DNA of 64,000 bases from a virus: IMG/VR virus record IMGVR_UViG_3300020204_000006; one strand, given 5' to 3'. A model generated the notes under the pieces. The model searched no databases and had not been told where the DNA came from. It saw only the letters and a program-made list of their open reading frames with translations. The translations under genes and the position numbers were made by a program. Positions 55,501 to 62,777 of this stretch are shown here, piece after piece (within the stretch, counting starts at the first letter, position 1; each line of letters opens with the position of its first letter).

Positions 55501-58108
55501 TTCAGAAATATATAGAATATCTGATTGGTCTCCCGTAGACGAAGAAAACTATAAATTTTCCACCAGCACAGATTTTCCAATAAGGTATTCTGGAGTTGAT
55601 TTATATCTTAATGTATTAAAAAATGTAGTTCTATATGAAATAGATTATAATAAAAAAATAATTACTTTTTCTAAGTCGTTATGGCCTAATCAGGGTTCTA
55701 CTTTTAATCCTAACGTACATGTATTTTCTTCTCCCGTATCTGTAGATTTAGTGTTTTTGGGATTTTCTGAAGCATCAGGAGATCTTTCTTACGATAAATT
55801 TGGTCCACTTTTTGCTGAACAATTTGATAGGGGAATTTTAGAAAAAACAAAATTTGATACAGTTGATCACTCTGGAAGAATAAATGAAGAGCTTGTTCCA
55901 CTTCAGTGTATTTGTAGTTCAGAAGATGGATATAAATATATAATATCAAGCAACGAACAGGGCAAAAAACTTTTTGTAAAAGACGGTATTCAGTATTTAG
56001 TTGACGATTCTGGTAGTTCTTCTGATATTTTACAGGATGTTCCAGAGGATGCAGAGCCTTCAAGTTTTAACGTTTATGACAATCCTTTTATATGCTATGA
56101 TGTTTTTGTTGTACCTAATTTTTTCAAATCTTTAATAATATATGCTACAAGTAGGGGAATTTATTATAGTTATAGTTATGATAGTTTTAGTACTAATACT
56201 ATTTTGGCATCAAATCCTCCGTTCGATTTTGGTCCACCAATAAAAATAAAGTACACTCCATTCGGTGGCAGAAACATATTTTCGGTTATACATGCAAGAG
56301 GATTAACCGTGTTTGAGGTTAGTTCAAATGGTAATTTGTCAGAACCTCCATCTATAAATTCAATACATACTGAATTCATAAGTGGTGTAAGTTTTGTTCA
56401 TGACATTGTATTTGAAGATAATGTTTTATATTTGTCAACAAATATTGGTATATATAAATTTGTTGTACAGGTTGTGCAAAATTCAGGATACATACCAATA
56501 TTGACTCAAATGCCAGTTATTTCACTTAGATCCAATGAGGTATTTTCTTGTTTCTTAATAGATGAGCAGTTATTTGCTGTTATGTCATCCGGAGTTTATA
56601 TTTATGATAAATCTGGTATATGGATTATACATTTTAATTTGTATCAAAACGATATTATACAGCAAGTTATTAAAAAATACCAAGAAGGTAAATTGTATTA
56701 TTTTCTTATAGGAAGGCGTAACTTATATAGAATAAGTAAGAGTGACTTGAGTTCTAATGGTGACTTGTTCTATGGAGAATACGGAGTTTCAACAATTTAC
56801 TCTTTTGTTTCAGAGAATATACAATCAGCATGTATATATAAAGAATTTTTAATAGTTGCTACAGACAAAAATTGTTTTATTACCTCGTCATCTACATCCA
56901 TATATGGAAGTCCATCTCTTAAATTTAAAAAATTTGCTCATGGGTTAAAGTATCAGGGAGCGTTTACAAACATTTATTCAATAAAAACTGATACTGGAGA
57001 TACTGGAATTGGTGAACTATATTTTGCTCAAGAGGGCAGGATTATTAGGGCAAAATCTCTATCTAGATTTTCTACATATATTGATTTCCATAATGATAAA
57101 ATTGGAAGATATAAATTCAGCGTGCCATCTTATTACTTAAATGGTTCTTCTTATGAGGACAAAATTTATTTAGAAAATAGTTCTGAACAGTCTAGTTCTC
57201 AATGTGCTATTTACAGTAAATATAAAATAGATTTAACTGACAGATTTTCTTGTGTTAGAGATTATAGTGTTTACTCTTGCAAAAATGGTGGTTGGGCATA
57301 TCATGATTTTGCTTCATCCGTTCAAATAAAACTTAATGGGCGTGTAATAAATGATGGAAGTAGGGCTAAAAAACCATATGAAGAAATATTTAATATGCTT
57401 GATATTTCTCTTGCAAATTTTGATGATAAAATAAGTAATTATATTGTACTTGAAAAGAATTTTGATTCTTTGCAAAAGCATGTTGACTATATGACAACAA
57501 ATAATACCAACGCTCTTAATCAGGTTACCGAAAGAGGCATACACAGGTTCACTAGAAATAATATTAGAAAACTTTTATTTTATATAAATAAAGTTAATGG
57601 CTCAATATATTCTCCTGAAGTTTCTCGAGAAATGGGAATATACAATTCTCTTTTTCTATCATATCCAAATTTTGAAGTTGACATATTGGCAAATGTTTAT
57701 AAAGGAACAGATGGTGATCAGGGAGTTACAGATCAGTTTCTTTCTGATCTTGGAATATCTTTTGAAAATTACTCTGTACCTATAAGGCCCGGTTCTTTGT
57801 GTACATATGATCCAGAAGACAAATCATATTACTTGCCACCAAATGTTCCAATATCTGCTGTATGTGAAAGTTCTATTTCTCCAAATTATCAAATATTGGT
57901 TTCTGATATAGCATTTGGTCTTTCTGATGACATATCTGGCTTGTCTAATTTCTTCACTGGTATTATACCTGGTGGTATTGGTTTGTCTGCTATTGTCGGT
58001 AGGAATAGGGGAGTTGTTGGTGGTACTGATGCTCCAAATTTTGGTGGGATATTAGGTAGTGGTGGTCCAGGAGGAGGAATAGGCGGAGGCGGAGGAGGAA
58101 TATCTTAA
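52529..58108 (+). CDS. Tail fibre-like protein (1859 aa): shared N-terminal anchor, fibronectin type III repeats, propeller, Gly-rich tail
   Basis: FN3 units e.g. DPPSNVSV....IKISW...VYR...FTDDDVEPGKKYIYYFESVDINGNYS and YEDYEIESGKSYYYRVSAVDSWGKES. N-terminus paralogous to 23711. Confidence 0.75.
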   Translation: MPKFTKNLQLPYFYYGDSYSAYFDRLRFTSMDLYFNGLSNSIKDGVIDGFGVKIKDDNTLFVSAGSAFIDKKFRELKTDSEIAFTKIEDASIKVRSKYKPSFNTNLVQNIKQLSFKDDINPDPPSNVSVKFIDYFRIKISWEIKNKDVSYVNVYRDSYDDGVEDFSRSVLIQTSNENIFTDDDVEPGKKYIYYFESVDINGNYSNSYSTTDIVVPDESITPDPPKFMSVVVGNTRVQVIWSRPSYKNISGYNIKIVEIDSSYSSIGDEISYIADDSINNFVIKNLKKNTRYKIKIYSISRSGKYSASQEKLITTKEFSLEDEISYIYQSALVLNGLLSFNINWQTSFDEYDDSDYDPSATYKCRIIELELLTNAIKSTSDFIQIFNGQNSIYLTGLPFTQSDGATSTVPFSEKSRYLFGIFKIKDGVVSPGVFTYLGVIDIFPPEKPSGVFIGSKENGSIDVSISTNNPSDIKFFDIEIYEAKINSIIEDFSNVQLNKSIEFYSIEGGSGANADFDSIISEIFKEYFVFSLSDNELTVELDTSFLQTFQTSGLDVNINGASLANPEIYWPSNGIKIKFSPSDSIESLFSKIVQKLTTTPVLGIASASSMTGRRTVLFSQIINIKNLLNAPSGINCSYLYKFSKKRLSINSSAVPAIYGDPNVTIYSLFLSWLQPDQLNNIKINYDLSKFSIVAKRKVRDISLVNFNSSIVRPGYAYRADVYSIDDFNNKSEKQSGFIYLSSFEDLLPPESPRSQSAYFVANRVVFSWIYPFTQRDISYFKIYRSTQESSSFYLLSTVKNNIFVYEDYEIESGKSYYYRVSAVDSWGKESLSESINISGLIFIPNLNIETRFDFNCARFGQDLVFSWDRIDDFGGDGVEILCRYPNSSEFIPIYNSQFDSGDFSLSNIFLENGNYSFGIRSISNQVEIFVDYSGDSSGIEIARVAKNFNNYYIEDSRRILKNMESPVLEETDLFLTGHDHLLTDSSDKRIDLSEIYRISDWSPVDEENYKFSTSTDFPIRYSGVDLYLNVLKNVVLYEIDYNKKIITFSKSLWPNQGSTFNPNVHVFSSPVSVDLVFLGFSEASGDLSYDKFGPLFAEQFDRGILEKTKFDTVDHSGRINEELVPLQCICSSEDGYKYIISSNEQGKKLFVKDGIQYLVDDSGSSSDILQDVPEDAEPSSFNVYDNPFICYDVFVVPNFFKSLIIYATSRGIYYSYSYDSFSTNTILASNPPFDFGPPIKIKYTPFGGRNIFSVIHARGLTVFEVSSNGNLSEPPSINSIHTEFISGVSFVHDIVFEDNVLYLSTNIGIYKFVVQVVQNSGYIPILTQMPVISLRSNEVFSCFLIDEQLFAVMSSGVYIYDKSGIWIIHFNLYQNDIIQQVIKKYQEGKLYYFLIGRRNLYRISKSDLSSNGDLFYGEYGVSTIYSFVSENIQSACIYKEFLIVATDKNCFITSSSTSIYGSPSLKFKKFAHGLKYQGAFTNIYSIKTDTGDTGIGELYFAQEGRIIRAKSLSRFSTYIDFHNDKIGRYKFSVPSYYLNGSSYEDKIYLENSSEQSSSQCAIYSKYKIDLTDRFSCVRDYSVYSCKNGGWAYHDFASSVQIKLNGRVINDGSRAKKPYEEIFNMLDISLANFDDKISNYIVLEKNFDSLQKHVDYMTTNNTNALNQVTERGIHRFTRNNIRKLLFYINKVNGSIYSPEVSREMGIYNSLFLSYPNFEVDILANVYKGTDGDQGVTDQFLSDLGISFENYSVPIRPGSLCTYDPEDKSYYLPPNVPISAVCESSISPNYQILVSDIAFGLSDDISGLSNFFTGIIPGGIGLSAIVGRNRGVVGGTDAPNFGGILGSGGPGGGIGGGGGGIS

Positions 58109-58109
58109 T

Positions 58110-58562
58110 ATGTCATACAGTAATTCTCAATACCTTGATATGTTTAACACTCTTCTTAGATCTGGTTATTCTAATATGTTTTTTCCTTGGAAATCTGATT
58201 ACCGAGCAAATATATCTGAAAATTTATCTAACATAATAAAAGAATGGGATTCTTTATCTATTCCTGAAAGAAAAGAATTGATTAAAAATATTATAAGAAA
58301 CGACCCAACTTTTAGTTGTTTTAGGCTTTCAACTTGTGTTGACCTTGGAAGTGAATCTTTTGATCCAACCGATGAATCTTTTGATGATTGCGATTTCGAT
58401 GGATATGATGATTGTGTCAAAAAATCTTTTTATCTAAATCGCCTTATTAAATTTATGAATTCTTCAGTTTTTACTAACATAAATGACAGAATAAGTGTAA
58501 ACTATTTTTATCAAAATAAAAATTTTAATTATTCAAAAAAACCTAGAGATTTAAGAAAATAA
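58110..58562 (+). CDS. Hypothetical protein (150 aa) with acidic Cys-containing segment
   Basis: 1-nt gaps to both neighbours. DPTDESFDDCDFDGYDDC. Confidence 0.7.
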   Translation: MSYSNSQYLDMFNTLLRSGYSNMFFPWKSDYRANISENLSNIIKEWDSLSIPERKELIKNIIRNDPTFSCFRLSTCVDLGSESFDPTDESFDDCDFDGYDDCVKKSFYLNRLIKFMNSSVFTNINDRISVNYFYQNKNFNYSKKPRDLRK

Positions 58563-58563
58563 C

Positions 58564-61500
58564 ATGACAATATATAAAACAAATTCTAAAAAGTCTAGAT
58601 CTCTAAGCTCTGAGCAAAAAACTTTTTATGACAATCAGATAAAAGATGATTTTTATATAGCTAGCAGTACAAGTGACCAGTCTTCTTTTGAAGAAATTTA
58701 TATTAAAATTAAAGAAGATGGTTTTTATGATGGTATGGAAAAACTTTTCTTTAAAAGCTGCTTAACTAACCAGAAGCTTTTATTTGTATCGGATTCAAAA
58801 TACCAAAAAGTATATGCAAGTATGCCTCTTCCAGAAAAGGTTCAAAGATTTTTTGTTTCTTATAAAGATGGAAAAGTTTTTATAAATGAAAAAGATCGTC
58901 CAGAAATAAATCTTTTTTCAGGATATCTATACGAATTTATTATCCCAAAAAGTATTTATGAAAGTGGTATGTTTAAATTTTTTGGTGATGCTAATTTTGA
59001 TTATGATATAATGGATTTCCTAAGACATGATTTGTCATTACTTGATTCAGAATCTATAAAAGTTGTTTTTCAAAAAACATCCCTTGGGGAAAGAATTAGT
59101 TTTTTAAACTACAATTACAATATACTAAATCTAAAAAGAAATAATATATATGAATTGGATTTAAGTGATGCTTCAAATGTGGGCAAGAATATACAAATAT
59201 CATATGACTATATAGCTTCAAAGTCTTGTGATGGAGTGTCTTTTCTGGGAGTACCAGGCTACTACGGCGCAAAAATGTTTATAAATACTTCTGAATCTAA
59301 ATCAGAATATCTTTATATATCAGATAAAAACGATTTTACTTCTGGAGACAATGTAAGAATAAAAATAAATGATGGTAAATACATTACAGAAAAAGATGGA
59401 TTTTACATTATAAAAATTTTACCCAATGACAAATATACAAAATTTTATTACGGAAGCTTTAAGGAAAATAAATCTGGTGGAAAAGTAAATGTATTGAATT
59501 TAAAAGAATATAATTTTTTTCCTCAGACTCCATATAATGACGAGTACGGTGGTTTTAATTATAGGTATTTAAATGGCTCATGGAGGTCACATTTTCCATA
59601 CAACTTTAACATAAAAACTAAAGAGAAAAAAAATAGTAGTTTTATGGGAACTGGTTCAAAAAATGCATTTTATTTTGATCAATTGGAGCAGCCAGAAATA
59701 ATAATAACATATGGCAAAACTTATAAATTTACAAATTACAATGAGGCCGAATACCCATTCCATATTTCAAAAAAAATAGATTCTTTAGTTTCTCCGTCTA
59801 AAAATGATGGAATTTTTATTGATAAAAAAGATTACGGAGATTATTCAATTACTTTTTTAAGAGTAGATAATAAAAACATTGATCCCTATCAGGGTTATTT
59901 TGATCCATATGACCCGTACTCTAAAGTGCAGTCAAAATTAGATCTTTATTACATTTCTACTGGTGGTAGAAGTATGGGTAATGCTATTTATTTAGATAAT
60001 GATGGCATGTCTTTTGATGAACAAAAAAACTATAATAAAAAAAATATTGCGTATCCTTATGTTTTCATGATACCATATTCTGGAAAATACGTTGTGTTTA
60101 ATTATGGAGAAGAGAATTTTTCAAATTATTTGATTATTGATTGTACTGAAAGTAAAAGCAGTAAAAATATAACATTAAAAAACTATGATTTATTTTCTTT
60201 TTATCAAAATAACAAATTTTCTCCATTAAAATCAATAAGAGAAAATGAGTATTTTGTGGTGGACATTTTTTATGATTATGTTGATGAATTGATATGTAAT
60301 ATGAAAATTACAGAAGAACTTGGAGAAAGATTAAGTATAAAGGGTGAAAAATTTTCTTTTGGAAATGTTTCTGATTCTTCAGATACGTATTTATACACTG
60401 ATGTAATTAAAAAGATAATAAAAGAAATATCTGAATACTACGTGAATTCTATGTTTTCAATAAACATCGATGGAGAGCCATATGTAAATGAAATTTTAAC
60501 GTGTAGAAAAAATATGTTAAAAACAATACCTTCTGTTAAAAATGTATCAGCTTATGTTTACGATCAGCGTGGATATTCTTTATATGTAGATGAATTTGTA
60601 AAAAATGTAATTAATACTAAGAAAAATAATTTTTTCCCATCTTCTTCATCAAATGTTTTTAGTTTGTCATCAAGAGATATATCTTATTTAGACTGCTCTG
60701 GCTATATATATGATACTTCATATAAGTCTGTTTATTTTATTAAGCTTTATAGCATTGAATCTGGTTTTTTGAACTATAGATTTAATATTGAAGATTATAT
60801 AAATGGTATTAATTTTGATTATTCTTTTTACAATCAAGATAAAATTCTTATTGGGCCTTTAGTTCCTAAAAATATTTCTAATTTTAATTTTAGTAAAAAT
60901 ATTTTATATCAAAATTCGCAAATTAAAAACGCTATTAAGTCTTTTGTTAATTCTATTTTAAGTAATTCTAATAAATCAGAAAAAATAGTTTTTATAAATG
61001 ATAGTGTTTACGAATCTGTTTCTGAAATAGAAAGGCTGTTTTTGCAATATTCTAGTTTTGGATTTAATTCATTATGTATTTATTTAAATACAATAGTTGA
61101 TGTTAAAAGTATTCCATTGTTTAAATCTGTTTCTGAAAGATTTAACATGAATTTTTATATATATCTAGAAAATGAAAATGATTTATTTAAGCTGGAAAAT
61201 CCCTGTCAGTATTACTACCTAGGCAATTTCTCTGTTTCAGATAATTTAAAAATAAAATATACAAAAGTTCAAGGTTCTGATTATGTTGATTTAAATAATA
61301 AAAATACAAGACACGACAACTCTTTCCTTGAAAATCCAAATAATGTAAACAAAAAATCGTCCCCTGTAGTACAGCAGTCTTTGTCTTCTTTTCAGTTAAG
61401 TGATAGGGGTGCAATTTCGGTTGATCCGTCCTCATGGTGGAATCAATCTTTGCAAAAAATACTTTTTCAATGGTATAGAATTAGTGGAAGTAAATTTGTA

Positions 61501-62226
61501 CTGTATCCCAATAATTCAGGATATACTATTTGGAATGAAAGCATAAACGGACCTCTTTCTAATTCTGCTGGTTCACCAACTGTTGTAACTTTAAATAACG
61601 GTAACGGCCTAGTTAGGGCATCTGTAGGTGGAAATAGTGATTATTTTACCTTCCTTGTAGGGGAAAATCAGATATTAGATAAGATTTTTCTTAGAAGTTA
61701 CAGTTCTTCTGACAATATTGCTTGGTTAGGCATACAAGCTGGTAGTGCATGGACTTCGGGAAACAATCCTAATTTAATGTTAGCACAACAACATTTTGGA
61801 CCTGGAAATGTAGATAAAGCAATTTTGAGCGGAGCATCTCCTTATAATTCTGGCAATTATACAGTGAGGGTACAGCAGTTAGGTTCCAACACTAATTATA
61901 CTTTAGAATTTCAGGTTTTAACTACCTCGCCATCACCACCGCCACCACCACCGCCGCCACCGCCCTCGACACGACCACCACTGCCGTCACGGCCCTCGCC
62001 ACCACCACCGCCACCACCACCGCCATCGCCACCGCCATCGCCACCGCCGTCGCCACCGCCATCGCCACCGCCATCACCACCGCCATCACCACCGCCATCA
62101 CCACCGCCATCACCACCGCCGCCACCACCGCCGCCACCACCGCCGCCACCGCCGCCGCCACCGCCGCCGCCGTACTCTCCGCCGCCGAGTCCACCGTCAG
62201 GGGGTGGAGGATACGGATATTATTAA
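58564..62226 (+). CDS. Virion-associated mosaic protein (1220 aa) with cyanophage-type repeats and extensin-like Pro-rich tail
   Basis: QPEIIITYGKTYKF......YPFHIS...LYYIS.....MGNAI and similar units. Ends (SPPP)n...GGGGYGYY. Confidence 0.7.
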   Translation: MTIYKTNSKKSRSLSSEQKTFYDNQIKDDFYIASSTSDQSSFEEIYIKIKEDGFYDGMEKLFFKSCLTNQKLLFVSDSKYQKVYASMPLPEKVQRFFVSYKDGKVFINEKDRPEINLFSGYLYEFIIPKSIYESGMFKFFGDANFDYDIMDFLRHDLSLLDSESIKVVFQKTSLGERISFLNYNYNILNLKRNNIYELDLSDASNVGKNIQISYDYIASKSCDGVSFLGVPGYYGAKMFINTSESKSEYLYISDKNDFTSGDNVRIKINDGKYITEKDGFYIIKILPNDKYTKFYYGSFKENKSGGKVNVLNLKEYNFFPQTPYNDEYGGFNYRYLNGSWRSHFPYNFNIKTKEKKNSSFMGTGSKNAFYFDQLEQPEIIITYGKTYKFTNYNEAEYPFHISKKIDSLVSPSKNDGIFIDKKDYGDYSITFLRVDNKNIDPYQGYFDPYDPYSKVQSKLDLYYISTGGRSMGNAIYLDNDGMSFDEQKNYNKKNIAYPYVFMIPYSGKYVVFNYGEENFSNYLIIDCTESKSSKNITLKNYDLFSFYQNNKFSPLKSIRENEYFVVDIFYDYVDELICNMKITEELGERLSIKGEKFSFGNVSDSSDTYLYTDVIKKIIKEISEYYVNSMFSINIDGEPYVNEILTCRKNMLKTIPSVKNVSAYVYDQRGYSLYVDEFVKNVINTKKNNFFPSSSSNVFSLSSRDISYLDCSGYIYDTSYKSVYFIKLYSIESGFLNYRFNIEDYINGINFDYSFYNQDKILIGPLVPKNISNFNFSKNILYQNSQIKNAIKSFVNSILSNSNKSEKIVFINDSVYESVSEIERLFLQYSSFGFNSLCIYLNTIVDVKSIPLFKSVSERFNMNFYIYLENENDLFKLENPCQYYYLGNFSVSDNLKIKYTKVQGSDYVDLNNKNTRHDNSFLENPNNVNKKSSPVVQQSLSSFQLSDRGAISVDPSSWWNQSLQKILFQWYRISGSKFVLYPNNSGYTIWNESINGPLSNSAGSPTVVTLNNGNGLVRASVGGNSDYFTFLVGENQILDKIFLRSYSSSDNIAWLGIQAGSAWTSGNNPNLMLAQQHFGPGNVDKAILSGASPYNSGNYTVRVQQLGSNTNYTLEFQVLTTSPSPPPPPPPPPPSTRPPLPSRPSPPPPPPPPPSPPPSPPPSPPPSPPPSPPPSPPPSPPPSPPPPPPPPPPPPPPPPPPPPYSPPPSPPSGGGGYGYY
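61926..62196 (+). repeat. GC-rich in-frame 12-nt/3-nt tandem repeat encoding poly-Pro/(SPPP)n
   Basis: Runs of TCGCCACCGCCA / TCACCACCGCCA then CCGCCGCCA. Very high GC relative to the window. Confidence 0.95.
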
Positions 62227-62242
62227 TTTGTAACTTTTATGA

Positions 62243-62665
62243 ATGGATAACAGCATGAGTCATCCTCAATATAAATTAGGAATCGATAACAATATATTAT
62301 AATCAAACCAACCAACAATTAAAATTGGTTTACGAAAAACAGGTGGTGTAAATTCCGAAAACGAAACACTTCGTGGAGTAATAATTGTTGATATCGCATC
62401 CGATATTGCCACGGCACTGACTGCAACTCCTGAATACATCGCAGACAGTCCGTATTCTGTATTGCACTGTTGTCTTACCTTAAGTCCAGCAAACGGGAAA
62501 ACGGGAGGATATCTTTGTGTTTCAATGCTTCCCCTTGACACCAATATAAACGATTCCGTTTCTTGGAACAAGCCATCTCAAAACTCAAATTATATTACTG
62601 CTTCTTGGACTCCTGGTGGTTCATCAGGGCCACTTGCCCAAGAAATTATTCAAAAAAGTTCATAA
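62243..62665 (+). pseudogene. DNRLRE (CBM96-like) domain gene interrupted by one in-frame TAA at 62300-62302
   Basis: Manual translation MDNSMSHPQYKLGIDNNIL*SNQPTIKIGLRKTGGVNSENETLRGVIIVDIASDI...LHCCLTLS...VSWNKP...SWTPGG. The single frame continues into the track's 62462..62665 ORF. Confidence 0.6.
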
Positions 62666-62700
62666 AATATAACTACAAGTTATTATTTTGTTATTTTTGT
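62664..62700 (+). terminator. Weak AT-rich hairpin followed by T-rich tract; possible end of the structural operon
   Basis: AAAATATAACT-ACA-AGTTATTATTTT (one bulge, one GC pair) then GTTATTTTTGT, at the start of the only non-coding gap over 100 nt. Confidence 0.3.
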
Positions 62701-62734
62701 ATGGACGATACATAGTTTAAGTATAAATATCGTT

Positions 62735-62766
62735 TTTAACAGGTTAATGTTAAATTTTTATATAAT
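62735..62766 (+). promoter_or_regulatory. Candidate sigma70-like promoter overlapped by an inverted repeat
   Basis: TTAACA (62736) - 19 nt - TATAAT (62761), 11 nt before ATG 62778. Inverted repeat TTTAACA-N6-TGTTAAA at 62735-62754. The spacer is long and the DNA AT-rich, so chance is possible. Confidence 0.3.
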
Positions 62767-62777
62767 AAAAATATAAA

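Noticed and set aside
1105-61435. The many 60-130 aa minus-strand and nested plus-strand ORFs in the track
   Set aside because: All lie inside long, motif-bearing + strand genes, show no recognisable motifs and have no RBS pattern. They are the expected shadows.
61922-62194. 90-aa Ala/Val-rich minus-strand ORF
   Set aside because: It is the antisense shadow of the GC-rich Pro repeat, which lacks stops by composition.
62266-62571. 101-aa minus-strand ORF as the real gene in this gap
   Set aside because: It has no recognisable motif and opposes the operon. The + frame gives a coherent DNRLRE-like pattern. Not fully excluded.
62722-62729. T4-type late promoter TATAAATA
   Set aside because: The octamer also occurs inside coding sequence (e.g. 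51 and 37802) and is expected by chance at this AT content. No T4-like late sigma is visible here.
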